From: Alkalilimnicola ehrlichii MLHE-1
GTDB taxonomy: Bacteria; Pseudomonadota; Gammaproteobacteria; Nitrococcales; Halorhodospiraceae
Assembly (NCBI RefSeq): GCF_000014785.1
Contig: NC_008340.1
Span: 570,001-602,000 of the forward strand
Direction of reading: 5' to 3'
DNA length: 32,000 bases
This document shows positions 6,600-15,705 of this stretch, piece after piece. Position numbers and translations under genes: made by a program. The notes below the pieces were generated by a model that saw only the letters and a program-made list of their open reading frames with translations, was not told the origin of the DNA and did not search any database. Numbering within the stretch: the stretch's first letter is position 1; the number at the start of each line of letters is the position of its first letter.

Positions 6600-8396
6600 A
6601 TGATTGGTTCTTTCCTCCGGTCCCGGCCATGGAGCCTGCCACCGCTTGTGAATGTACCCGGCTTTTCGATCACCTGTCGCCGGCACCTCGTGGCCAGCGT
6701 CCTGGTCCTGCTGTTGGTCATGGCGCCGGCGGCCCATGGCGTGGAGGTCCGGGTGGAGGGCGTCAGTGGCGCCCTGCGGGACAATGTCGAGGCCTGGCTG
6801 GGCGAGCCCGCCGGCGACAGCCGCCGGGCCCTGCGCACTTACGAGCGCCAACTGCCGGAACGGGCCGCTCAGGCCCTCCAGGCGCTGGGTCACTACCGGC
6901 CGCAGATCGACGTCGAGCGCGAGGAGACCGATAACGGGCCGCGGTTCATCCTGCGCATCGATCCGGGCGAGCCGGTGCGCATCGCCGCGGTGGATCTGCG
7001 CATCGAGGGCGAGGCGCGTGACGACCCGGCTTTCGAGGGCATCCAGGCGCGGCTCGCCGTGCAGCCGGGTGACGTGCTGCGCCATGACCGCTACGAGACG
7101 GCCCGCCGGCAGCTGCAGAGCCTGGCGCTGGACCGGGGCTACTTCGATGCCCGCTACACCCGGCGGCGGGTGGAGGTGGACGTGGCGGCCGGTGAGGCCA
7201 CTGTGATGCTCCACTTCGATACCGGTCGTCGCTATCGGCTCGGGGAGGTGACGTTCTCCGAGACAGCGCTGGCCCCCTGGTTCCTTCAGCGGCTGGTGCC
7301 CTTCGAGCCCGGCGAGCCCTACCGGGCAGAGCACATCACCGCCCTCAACCGGGCCCTCCGGGACAGCGGGTACTTTGCCCGGGTCACCGTCCGCCCTGAG
7401 CCCCGGGAGGCCGACGAGGCCCTGCGGGTGCCGGTGGAGGTGGAGCTGACCGCCGAACGCGCCCACCAGGTCCGTCTGGGGGCGGGCTTCTCCACCGATG
7501 TCGGACCCCGCATCCGTGCCGGCTGGTCCCGGCCCTGGGTCAATCAACGGGGCCATAGCCTGTCGGTGGATACCGAGCTCTCGGAGCCGCGCCAAAACAT
7601 CTCCACCCGGTACAAGATCCCGCTGGCCGACCCGCTGCGCACCCAACTGATCCTCCAGGCGGGTTTCCAGTTCGAGGACATTGAGGACACCGAGAGCGAG
7701 CTGCTGACCGTCTCCGTGCAGCACCAGCACCGCTTCGACAGCGGTTGGCAGCAGAACCTGGGGCTCCGCTGGGACCGGGACCGGTTCACGGTCTCCGACG
7801 ACACCCGCACCACCACCCTCTATCTGCCCAGCGGCAGCTGGACCCGCAACCGGGCCCGGGGCGGCGCCGACCCCTACTGGGGCGATCGCCTGCTGTTCAG
7901 TGTCGAGGGCACGGACGAGTGGATGGGCTCCGATATCGACCTGCTCCGGGTGCGCACCGGGGCCCGGCTGCTGCGGAGTTTTGCGGACAACCACCGGATC
8001 CTGGTCCGTGGCGACTTGGGTGCGCTCATCTCCAGCCAGTTCGGCAAGGTGCCAACGTCCCTTCGCTTCTTTGCCGGCGGCGATCAGAGCGTGCGCGGTT
8101 ACCGCTACCAGACTCTGGGGCCGGAGGATGCCGAAGGCGATGTCATCGGCGGCCGCTATCTGGCGGTGGCCAGTGCCGAGTACGGCTATACCTTCCGGCC
8201 CCGCTGGCGGGCGGCCGTCTTCGCCGATGCCGGCAACGCCTTTGACGATCTGGACGACCCCGACCCACAGGTGGGGGCCGGGTTCGGTATCCGCTGGATC
8301 TCGCCGGTGGGCCCGATCCGGCTGGACTTCGCCTCGGCGCTCAGCAAATCGGGCAACCCCTGGCGGCTGCACTTCTCCATGGGGCCGGAGATATGA
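6600..8396 (+). CDS. tamA: Translocation and assembly module outer-membrane protein TamA (Omp85 family)
   Basis: Signal peptide ending MAPAAHG/VEV, POTRA-like N-terminal repeats, and a C-terminal beta-barrel ending in an aromatic-rich motif (WRLHFSMGPEI). ATGA start/stop overlap with tamB. The start is uncertain: the ATG at 6600 has no SD, and GTG at 6648 is an alternative. Confidence 0.85.
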   Translation: MIGSFLRSRPWSLPPLVNVPGFSITCRRHLVASVLVLLLVMAPAAHGVEVRVEGVSGALRDNVEAWLGEPAGDSRRALRTYERQLPERAAQALQALGHYRPQIDVEREETDNGPRFILRIDPGEPVRIAAVDLRIEGEARDDPAFEGIQARLAVQPGDVLRHDRYETARRQLQSLALDRGYFDARYTRRRVEVDVAAGEATVMLHFDTGRRYRLGEVTFSETALAPWFLQRLVPFEPGEPYRAEHITALNRALRDSGYFARVTVRPEPREADEALRVPVEVELTAERAHQVRLGAGFSTDVGPRIRAGWSRPWVNQRGHSLSVDTELSEPRQNISTRYKIPLADPLRTQLILQAGFQFEDIEDTESELLTVSVQHQHRFDSGWQQNLGLRWDRDRFTVSDDTRTTTLYLPSGSWTRNRARGGADPYWGDRLLFSVEGTDEWMGSDIDLLRVRTGARLLRSFADNHRILVRGDLGALISSQFGKVPTSLRFFAGGDQSVRGYRYQTLGPEDAEGDVIGGRYLAVASAEYGYTFRPRWRAAVFADAGNAFDDLDDPDPQVGAGFGIRWISPVGPIRLDFASALSKSGNPWRLHFSMGPEI

Positions 8397-11300
8397 GGCG
8401 GGCATTGCGCATCCTGTTCTGGGGCCTGCTCGGGCTGATGGTGATCCTGGCCGGGACAGCGGCCTGGCTGGTGGGTACCACCTCCGGGGCGCGTACGGCG
8501 GCGGATCTGGCCCAGCGGGTCGAGCCGCGCCTGACCCTGGAGGTGACCGGCGGCAGCCTCTGGCGGGGGCTGGAGCTGGCGGATTCCGGCTGGCGCGATG
8601 GCGACTTGGTGGTCACGGCTGGCCGAGTGGTGACCCGCTGGGACCCCGCCTGTTTGACCGATCGGGCCTTCTGCCTCAGTCGGGCGCAGGTCCATGATCT
8701 GGACGCGCGGATCCCGGAGGCCGCGCCCGAGGAGCCCGGGCCCGAGCCGCCACCGGCCGAGGCCCTCATGGGGCGGCTGGATCTGCCCATCGACCTCCGG
8801 CTGGCGGGGGTGGAACTGCGCGGCGCACGGTTGCGGGTGGCCGGTCAGGACATCGCTCTGGACTTCCTGGGCCTGGAGGGTGCGCTGGAGGGCGACGTGC
8901 TTACCCTGGTGCGCACTGAGCTGCGGGGCCTGCAGATCCGGTTGCCGGAGGCCGAGCCAGCGGTCGACGGTGACGCCGAACCGGACACGGCGGCAGGCAC
9001 GGCTCTGGCCGATTTCCAGTACACGCCGCCGGTACTGCCCGAGGTGCATCTGCCGCTGGACGTCCACCTGCACGTCTTTCGCTTGCGCGAGGGTGCGCTG
9101 TGGCTGCCCGGTGCCGACGAGTCGCTGCCCCTGCCCGATGTGGACCTCACCGCCAGCCTGGAGGGCCAGCAACTGGGGTTGGCGCGGCTGGACCTGAGTC
9201 ACCCCTACGGCGATCTGCGCAGCCAGGGCCGGCTGGAACTGGCCGGCGACTGGCCGCTGGCCCTGCAACTGTCCCTGTCCGGGGGGGAGGGTTTGGCACC
9301 GCTTCTGCCGCTGGCGCTGCCCGACACCCCGCAACTGGACCTGGAGCTGGCCGGGACGCTGCAGACAGGGCTGACCTTTGCCCTGGCCGCGGCGACCGGT
9401 GATCAGTCGCTGACCTTGGACGGGGAGGTGGCGCCGCTGGATGCCCGGCTGCCGGTCGAGCTGCAGGCCCGCTGGTCGCATTTGGGCTGGCCGCTGGATG
9501 ATCCCGAGGGCTACCGGGCCCGCGATGGCGAGCTCCGCCTGAGCGGGGATCTCGCCGGCTGGCGGGCGCACCTGCGCAGCGACCTGACCGGGCCGGATCT
9601 GCCGGCCGCCGGGCTCGACCTGCAGGCCCACGGCGATCTCACCTGGGCCCGGGTCGAGGCGCTGACCCTGGAACTGCTGGAGGGCAGCGCCGAACTCGCG
9701 GGGGTGGTGGACTGGTCCGGGCCGCCGCAGTGGGACCTCGGGCTGACCCTGCGGGGGTTGAACCCGGGTGGGTTCTGGGACGGGGCCCCGGAGCGGGTGG
9801 ACGGTCGGCTGGAGAGTGCCGGCCGGCTGACCCCGGAGGGCCCCGAGCTGCGGCTGTCGATTCCCGGCGTCAATGCCCGGGTGCAGGACTATGCCCTGGC
9901 GCTGGACGGGGCCGTGGACCTGGATGCCGCCGGTCATCTGCGCTTCGACGAACTCAACCTGTCGGTGGACGGTCAGACCGGCCTGTCGGTGGCCGGCGCG
10001 CTGGCTGAGGAGTGGGATCTGGTCGGCACTCTCCGCCTGCCCGACCTGGCGGTCCTGGGGGTGCCGGAGCTGGCCGGCGCCCTGGAGGGCGATTTTCAAG
10101 TGGGTGGTGCGCGGGAGCGGCCCGACCTGCAGCTGGAGTTGGCCGGGCGCGATCTGCGCGGACCCGGCGGGTTGGTCCTCGGGCGGTTGGCGCTCTCCGC
10201 CCGGATCCCCGCCCTGGGGGAGGCGGACAGCCGGATCCGACTGCGGCTCGACGATCTGGCCGCCGGCCCCGAGCACCTGAACGAGGTGGTGGTGGAGGTC
10301 ACCGGCCGGGAGGAGGACCATCGGGCCACCCTGGTCGCCGGCGGCCGCGGTGGGCTGGAGGTGGACCTGGCCCTGGCGGGGGCCTTCGACCGGGCCAGCG
10401 GTGACTGGCAGGGGACGCTGGCTCATGCCCGGCTCATGGCCCCGCGCTACGGCCATCGCCTGGCCCTGGAGCAACCGCTGCCCCTGGCCTGGGGAAGCGA
10501 TCCGGGTGCCCTGCGCGTGGACGCCCACTGCTGGACGGTCAATGAGCAAGGCCGGCTGTGTGTGGACGAACCGGCCGTCGCCGCCGCCAGCGGCGAGCTG
10601 ATCTTCAGTCTCAGCGACTATGACCTGCAGGCGGGCCTGCGGCCCTGGTTGCCCGAGGACCTGTCGCTGCGCGCCGCCCTGGGGGCCGAGGGCCGGGTCA
10701 CTTGGGGCGAGGCCCTGGTCGCAGAACTCGCCTTGGTCAGCGAGGACGGTACCCTGCGCATCCGGCTGGATGACGAGGACGACGAGCAGGACCACGAGGA
10801 GCTGCGTTACGAGTCGCTCACCGCCCGGCTGGACTACACCGAGACCCGCACCGAGCTGGCCGTGGACCTGAGCTCGGCCCAGCTCGGCGATGCCCGGCTG
10901 CGTCTGGTCACCGATCCCAGGCCCGGGGCGCGCGGGCTGGACGGCGAGCTGGTGCTCGAGGACCTGGGGGTATCGGTGGCCCGGGCCTTTGTCCCGCAGC
11001 TTAACCGCCTGGAGGGTGTGCTGCGGGCCCAAGCCGACATCGGCGGTGACTGGACGGCGCCGGACATCCGCGGTCAGATCACCCTGGAGGACGGTCTGGC
11101 CGACGGCCCAGAGCTGCCGGTGACCCTCAGCGATATTCAGTTCACCGTGGATGTGGCCGGGGCCCAGGCGGACTACGCGGGGACGTTCCGGGCCGGTGCC
11201 GGCCGTGGTGAACTGCGGGGCCGGGTCCTCTGGGGCGGCGAGGCCTGGCAGGTGTTCGCCAACCTGGACGGCGAGGCGCTGGAGGTCTTTCTGCCACCCG

Positions 11301-12244
11301 GGCTCGATCTCGAGGTCTGGCCCGCGTTGCGTGCCGTGGTCCGGCCCAATCACATCCTCCTGCGCGGGCGGGTGGATGTGCCCCGGGGCACGATCGAGAT
11401 CCAGGACCTGCCCCAGCAGGCCGTCGGCCTCTCCCCGGACGTGGTGGTGGTGGAGCGCACCGAGGACATGCTGGTGGTGGACGAGGAGGCACTGGTGGGC
11501 TGGGACCTGGACGTGGACGTTGAGCTGCGGCTGGGTGCGGAGTCGCTGACGCTGACCGCCTTCGGCCTCACCGGTGCCCTGGAGGGCAATATGCGGGTGC
11601 GCCTGCGCGACGACGATGTGGCGGAGGGCGTTGGCGAGATCCGGGTGGTCGATGGCCGCTACCGGGCCTACGGCCAGAACCTGCGCATCCGGCGCGGCAA
11701 CCTGCTGTTCGCTGGCCCGGTGGACCAGCCGCAACTGGAGATCGAGGCGGTGCGTGACGTGCCCCGCTACGACGTGGTGGCCGGGATCCGGGTGGAGGGC
11801 CGCGCCGACGACCCCCGCGCCAGCCTCTTCTCCGAACCGGCCATGCCCGACGACGAGGCGCTCTCCTACCTGATCCGCGGCCGGCCGCTGAGTGCTGAGG
11901 GGGACGGTGCCGAGGCGATGATGGCTTCGGCTGCCCTGGGGCTGGGGGTGCGGGGTGCCTCCGGCATCGTCGGCGGGCTGGGCCAGGCCCTGGGCGTAGA
12001 GGACCTGGAGGTGGAGGCCGTGGGTGAGGGGGACGAGGCCCAGGTGGTGATCGGTGGCTACCTGAACCCCCGGCTCTATCTCAGCTACGGGGTGGGGGTG
12101 TTCAACCCCGAGAACACCCTCACCCTGCGTTACCAATTGGCGCGGCAGCTCTTCCTGGAGGCGGTCAGCGGGGTGGAGAACGCCCTGGACCTGATGTACC
12201 GGTTCGAGTTCGGCGGCCGCGGCGAGCCGGACCGGGAGGAGTGA
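8393..12244 (+). CDS. tamB: Translocation and assembly module inner-membrane protein TamB (DUF490 C-terminus)
   Basis: 1283 aa. It has an N-terminal TM anchor (ILFWGLLGLMVILAGTAAWLV), a long repetitive beta-rich body, and a conserved C-terminal DUF490-like block (GRPLS...GGYLNPRLYLSYGVGVF...LRYQL). It is coupled to tamA by a 4-nt overlap at 8393-8396. Confidence 0.85.
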   Translation: MRRALRILFWGLLGLMVILAGTAAWLVGTTSGARTAADLAQRVEPRLTLEVTGGSLWRGLELADSGWRDGDLVVTAGRVVTRWDPACLTDRAFCLSRAQVHDLDARIPEAAPEEPGPEPPPAEALMGRLDLPIDLRLAGVELRGARLRVAGQDIALDFLGLEGALEGDVLTLVRTELRGLQIRLPEAEPAVDGDAEPDTAAGTALADFQYTPPVLPEVHLPLDVHLHVFRLREGALWLPGADESLPLPDVDLTASLEGQQLGLARLDLSHPYGDLRSQGRLELAGDWPLALQLSLSGGEGLAPLLPLALPDTPQLDLELAGTLQTGLTFALAAATGDQSLTLDGEVAPLDARLPVELQARWSHLGWPLDDPEGYRARDGELRLSGDLAGWRAHLRSDLTGPDLPAAGLDLQAHGDLTWARVEALTLELLEGSAELAGVVDWSGPPQWDLGLTLRGLNPGGFWDGAPERVDGRLESAGRLTPEGPELRLSIPGVNARVQDYALALDGAVDLDAAGHLRFDELNLSVDGQTGLSVAGALAEEWDLVGTLRLPDLAVLGVPELAGALEGDFQVGGARERPDLQLELAGRDLRGPGGLVLGRLALSARIPALGEADSRIRLRLDDLAAGPEHLNEVVVEVTGREEDHRATLVAGGRGGLEVDLALAGAFDRASGDWQGTLAHARLMAPRYGHRLALEQPLPLAWGSDPGALRVDAHCWTVNEQGRLCVDEPAVAAASGELIFSLSDYDLQAGLRPWLPEDLSLRAALGAEGRVTWGEALVAELALVSEDGTLRIRLDDEDDEQDHEELRYESLTARLDYTETRTELAVDLSSAQLGDARLRLVTDPRPGARGLDGELVLEDLGVSVARAFVPQLNRLEGVLRAQADIGGDWTAPDIRGQITLEDGLADGPELPVTLSDIQFTVDVAGAQADYAGTFRAGAGRGELRGRVLWGGEAWQVFANLDGEALEVFLPPGLDLEVWPALRAVVRPNHILLRGRVDVPRGTIEIQDLPQQAVGLSPDVVVVERTEDMLVVDEEALVGWDLDVDVELRLGAESLTLTAFGLTGALEGNMRVRLRDDDVAEGVGEIRVVDGRYRAYGQNLRIRRGNLLFAGPVDQPQLEIEAVRDVPRYDVVAGIRVEGRADDPRASLFSEPAMPDDEALSYLIRGRPLSAEGDGAEAMMASAALGLGVRGASGIVGGLGQALGVEDLEVEAVGEGDEAQVVIGGYLNPRLYLSYGVGVFNPENTLTLRYQLARQLFLEAVSGVENALDLMYRFEFGGRGEPDREE

Positions 12245-12265
12245 GTCCGGCCTGCACCCGGGCCC

Positions 12266-13117
12266 TCAGGGGGCCGGCGGCTCCGGGCAGCGGCGCACGA
12301 AGCTATAGCCGCTGCGGTAGTCCGGGTAGAGGAAGCGAAACCCCGAGGCCAGCAGGAAGCTGTTGCTCAGCCGCTTGCCGGTGACCGGGGCGTCGCTGTC
12401 GGCCCGCGGCGGGCGGTCGGCCCCCACGCGGTCGGCCAGCCAGTCCAGCACCTCGCACTGGCGCACCGGCTCGCAATCGGTGGCGATGTAGGTGGTCGCC
12501 TCCACATCCCGCAGCCGCAGGTGCGCCAGCGCCCGCACACAGTCTTCATGGTGAATCCGGTTGGTCCAGTGGTTCGGGCGGCAGGGCCGGCCCTCACGGG
12601 CCAGGCGCACCAGGTACTCCCGCCCGGGGCCGTAGATGCCGGAAAAACGCACCACGGTGGTCTCCAGGCCGCTCTCCCGGGCCAGTTGCTCTGAGGCCAG
12701 CAGCGCCTCCGCGCGCCGGGTGGCCGGCGTCGGTTCGGTCCATTCGTCCACCCAGCGGCCGTCGTCGTGGCCGTAGACCGAGGTGCTGGAGACGAAGATC
12801 AGCCGGCGCGGCTGGGCACCCGCCCGCTCCAGTCCGTGCAGCAGGCCCAACAGCCCGTCGTGGTAGGCGCGCCAGTAGCCGTCATCGCTGTACTCGTCGG
12901 GGGTGAGGATGCAGTAGACCAGGCCGATGTCGGCCGGTAGCTTCGCCAATGTCTCCGGGCGTTGTAGATCCGCGGCCAGCGGCTCCAGCGGCGGTGGGAT
13001 GGCGTCGGCCCGCCGGCGCAGCCCGGTGACCCGATGGCCCGCCTCGGCCAACTGCTGCCCCAGGGCGGTGCCCAACTGCCCACAGCCGGCGATGAGTACG
13101 TGCTCGTTGCTCTGCAT
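12266..13117 (-). CDS. NAD-dependent epimerase/dehydratase family (extended SDR) protein
   Basis: ORF 12266..13135; I prefer the ATG at 13117 (MQSNEHVLIAGCGQLGTALG = Rossmann G-x-G-x-x-G). The central Y-x-x-x-K-type region and the FVSSTSVYG motif are typical of extended SDRs. Confidence 0.8.
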   Translation of the reverse strand: MQSNEHVLIAGCGQLGTALGQQLAEAGHRVTGLRRRADAIPPPLEPLAADLQRPETLAKLPADIGLVYCILTPDEYSDDGYWRAYHDGLLGLLHGLERAGAQPRRLIFVSSTSVYGHDDGRWVDEWTEPTPATRRAEALLASEQLARESGLETTVVRFSGIYGPGREYLVRLAREGRPCRPNHWTNRIHHEDCVRALAHLRLRDVEATTYIATDCEPVRQCEVLDWLADRVGADRPPRADSDAPVTGKRLSNSFLLASGFRFLYPDYRSGYSFVRRCPEPPAP

Positions 13118-13213
13118 GGCCCTCTCTCTCCTCACGGATCACCCGTCCTGGTCCGGCGGGCACTGGGTGTATAGTAGCGTCCCCCAAATCACTCAAGCGA
13201 TCAAACCGGAGCC

Positions 13214-13876
13214 ATGACTGCACGACGCCTGCACCGTATGCGCCAGACCCTGGAGCGCCGCCAGCCCGACCTGCAGGTCCTGCTGGACCAGGTCCACAAG
13301 CCGCACAATCTCTCCGCCATCCTGCGTACCTGCGATGCGGTGGGCGTGCCCCGGGCACATGCGGTCTCCCGGCACCAGGACTTCACGGTGCACCGCGCCG
13401 CCTCGTCGGGCACCGGCCAGTGGGTGGCGGTGGAGACCCACGCCGATTTGCCCGCCGCCGTCCGTGCCGTGCAGGGACAGGGCATGAAGGTTTACGCCGC
13501 CCACCTGTCAGAGCAGGCGGTGGACTACCGCCAGGTGGATTACACCAAACCGTGCTGCCTGCTGCTGGGGGCGGAGAAGGAGGGCGTCAGCGAGGAGGGT
13601 GCCGCGCTGGCCGACGGGCATGTGATCATCCCCATGTTCGGGCTGGGGGCGTCACTGAACGTCTCGGTGGCGGCGGCCGTGATCCTGTTCGAGGCCCAGC
13701 GCCAGCGCCTGGCGGCCGGGCAATACGAGACCCCACGGATGGCGGAGGCGGAGATCACCCGCACCCTGGTGGAGTGGCTGCACCCGAGGATCGCCGAACG
13801 CTGCCGCAAAGAGGGCCGGCCCTACCCCGCGCTGGACGAGGACGGCGGCGTGATCTGGACACACGCCCCGTCCTAA
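13214..13876 (+). CDS. trmH: tRNA (guanosine(18)-2'-O)-methyltransferase, SpoU/TrmH family
   Basis: SPOUT motifs are present: HNLSAILRTCDAVGV, LLLGAEKEGVS and IPMFGLGASLNVSVAAAVILFE. The size (220 aa) and the C-terminal extension fit TrmH. Confidence 0.85.
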   Translation: MTARRLHRMRQTLERRQPDLQVLLDQVHKPHNLSAILRTCDAVGVPRAHAVSRHQDFTVHRAASSGTGQWVAVETHADLPAAVRAVQGQGMKVYAAHLSEQAVDYRQVDYTKPCCLLLGAEKEGVSEEGAALADGHVIIPMFGLGASLNVSVAAAVILFEAQRQRLAAGQYETPRMAEAEITRTLVEWLHPRIAERCRKEGRPYPALDEDGGVIWTHAPS

Positions 13877-13913
13877 ACACCAGACTTCCACCCCCGCCAC
13901 CCGGAGACCCACC

Positions 13914-14513
13914 CCCCGTCATCGCGAGGGCCGCCACCTACTCCCCGTCATCGCGAGGGCCGAAGGCCCGTGGCGATCCAGGGCGGTAGACTGCCACGTC
14001 GGCTTCGCCTCCTCGCAGTGACGGTGGGGGCGACTTTCCGCTTCCGGCACAGTCAAGTTCTTCAAGAGGGCTAGCCAGCCCCTCCCCGTCATCGCGAGGG
14101 CCGCAGGCCCGTGGCGATCCAGGGCGGTGGACTGCCACGTCGGCTTCGCCTCCTCGCAGTGACGGTGGGGGCGACTTTCCGCTTCCGGCACAGTCAAGTT
14201 CTTCAAGAGGGCTAGCCAGCCCCTCCCCGTCATCGCGAGGGCCGAAGGCCCGTGGCGATCCAGAGGGGTAGACTGCCACGTCGGCTTCGCCTCCTCGCAG
14301 TGACGGTGGGGGCGACTTTCCGCTTCCGGCATAGTCAAGTTCTTCAAGAGGGCTAGCCAGCCCCTCCCCGTCATCGCGAGGGCCGAAGGCCCGTGGCGAT
14401 CCAGAGGGGTAGACTGCCGCGTCGGCTTCGCCTCACTCGCAGTGACGGTGGGGAATGGCCCGCGCTCGCAGTGACGGTGGGGGTGGGTCCGCGTTCGCAG
14501 TGAGGCTAGGGGG
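13914..14513. repeat. Tandem array of a 141-bp unit built from REP-like hairpin modules, with 29-bp-spaced partial copies at both ends
   Basis: The string CCCCGTCATCGCGAGGGCCG starts at 13943, 14084, 14225 and 14366, an exact 141-bp period with near-identical copies. An extra partial copy starts at 13914. TCGCAGTGA(C/G)G recurs at 14437, 14466 and 14495, a 29-bp period. The array lies between two convergent genes. Confidence 0.9.
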
Positions 14514-14578
14514 CGTCCGCAGCGTCTGGCCAAGTTCATCAAGAGGAGCGAAGCGATGCGGCGATTCACCCGTCGGTG

Positions 14579-14962
14579 TCAGTCGGTGAGCAGGTTGGAC
14601 TTCTCCAGGTACTCCGGGGCGTTCTCCCGGATCCGGGCCTCGTCGTAGTGCTCCGAGCCCAGGTGGATCTCCTCCAGTAGCCAGGCCAACCGTTCCGTCT
14701 CTTCCTGGATCCTCTCCAGGGCGTTTTCCAGGGTGTAGGTCAGCTCGTGGATGGCCACCATGTCCTCGGTGCTGAGGGTATCCGCGCTCAGCACCTCGGT
14801 CAGGCGCTGGTTGTACTCCGCGTAGTTCTCCAGCGCCTGCTCCAGCGTGTCGGCCTCCAGGCCTTTGAAATGGTCGGCCCGGTCGGGCTCGTCGGCCAGT
14901 AGGGGGGCTCCGGACAGTAAGCCGGCAAGCAGCAGGGGCAGGAGGGTGAATCGAGTCTTCAT
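14579..14962 (-). CDS. Small secreted helical protein of unknown function (possibly DUF6746-like, from memory)
   Basis: ORF 14579..15019; I place the start at the ATG at 14962 (MKTRFTLLPLLLAGLLSGAPLLA = signal peptide) with AAGGAAG about 8 nt upstream. The mature part is acidic and predicted all-helical (HFKG...LTYTLENALERIQEE...). Confidence 0.7.
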   Translation of the reverse strand: MKTRFTLLPLLLAGLLSGAPLLADEPDRADHFKGLEADTLEQALENYAEYNQRLTEVLSADTLSTEDMVAIHELTYTLENALERIQEETERLAWLLEEIHLGSEHYDEARIRENAPEYLEKSNLLTD

Positions 14963-15006
14963 GATGTTCGCTTCCTTATGGGTTGGGATGGGCTGCCACA
15001 CGTCAG

Positions 15007-15035
15007 AGCGTAGTGACAATCATTCGTATTGACAA
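15007..15035 (-). promoter_or_regulatory. Candidate sigma70 promoter for the 14579..14962 gene
   Basis: On the minus strand: TTGTCA, 17 nt, TACGCT, about 45 nt upstream of the ATG. A second ATTGTCA copy lies inside the spacer. Sequence match only. Confidence 0.3.
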
Positions 15036-15107
15036 TGGGCCGTGACCGGGTGCGACTTGTTGCCGCAGGGACGAGGGGGTGGCAGTAATCCCACCCGGCG
15101 CCGCGGC

Positions 15108-15692
15108 TCAGTCGAAGCGGTAGTGGCGCTTCAGGGCGCGGTAGACGCGCTCCGGGTACCAAGTCTGCCCCAGGCTTCCATTGTAGCGGGCCAGCGCACG
15201 GGTGGTGTTGCCGTTCTCGATGGCCAGGTAGTGGGCGAGGATGGTGGTGCCGAACCGGAGGTTGGTGCCCAGGTCGAACAGGTTGTCGCCGTCATGGCCG
15301 ATCTCGTCCAGCCAAAAGGGCATGATCTGCATAATCCCGCGGGCACCGGCGGTGGAGACCGCGAAGCGGTTGAAGTTGCTCTCCACGTGGATGACCGCCA
15401 GGACCAACTGGGGGTCGAGCCCGGCCCGGGTGGCCTCGGCGTGCACCTTGCGCAGCAATCGGATGCGCTGGTCCGGGTCCGGCACCCGGTCCTCGATCCG
15501 CGCGGACATGGCCACCAGCCAGACTTGCGCCACGTAGCGGTTGTCAAAGCTATCGCCCTCTTCCATGGCCTCTTGCAGCGCGGCCCGAAGGGCCGGGTCG
15601 GGCGCCTGACCCTGCGCGCCGGTGGCCTGCGCTGCCGGTGCCGGCCCGACGGCCAGGCCGGCCAGCAGCAACAGTGTCAGCAGCCAGCGCAT
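15108..15692 (-). CDS. Lytic transglycosylase (SLT domain) protein, secreted
   Basis: Signal peptide (MRWLLTLLLLAGLAVGPAPAAQA). The SLT catalytic motif is VIHVESNFNRFAVSTAGARGIMQI, followed by the AHYL...YNGS block. It sits 13 nt downstream of proS, so it is probably co-transcribed. Confidence 0.85.
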   Translation of the reverse strand: MRWLLTLLLLAGLAVGPAPAAQATGAQGQAPDPALRAALQEAMEEGDSFDNRYVAQVWLVAMSARIEDRVPDPDQRIRLLRKVHAEATRAGLDPQLVLAVIHVESNFNRFAVSTAGARGIMQIMPFWLDEIGHDGDNLFDLGTNLRFGTTILAHYLAIENGNTTRALARYNGSLGQTWYPERVYRALKRHYRFD

Positions 15693-15705
15693 GGGCCCGG
15701 GGCGG

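Noticed and set aside
6486-8405. Upstream 640 codons of the 1162-aa minus-strand ORF (4917..8405)
   Set aside because: Only the part from the ATG at 6485 downstream has recognisable GNAT/CN-hydrolase sequence. The rest is low-complexity Gly/Ala/Pro/Arg-rich text lying exactly antisense to tamA. This is a typical stop-free shadow frame in GC-rich DNA.
8186-12136. 1316-aa minus-strand ORF
   Set aside because: It lies antisense to tamB over its whole length and is dominated by Gly/Pro/Arg/Gln/Leu low-complexity sequence with no domain signatures. The + strand frame carries the clear TamB features.
13914-14513. CRISPR array
   Set aside because: The intervening sequences are themselves identical from unit to unit, so this is a tandem repeat rather than repeats with unique spacers. 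No cas genes are in the window. The 29-bp-spaced copies at the ends number only two or three.
13919-14569. 216-aa ORF across the repeat array (and the 113-aa ORF 13938..14279 in another frame)
   Set aside because: The ORF exists only because the 141-bp repeat unit is a multiple of three. Its product is an iteration of repeat-derived peptides with no start signal. Two different frames of the same DNA stay open, which argues for a non-coding repeat.
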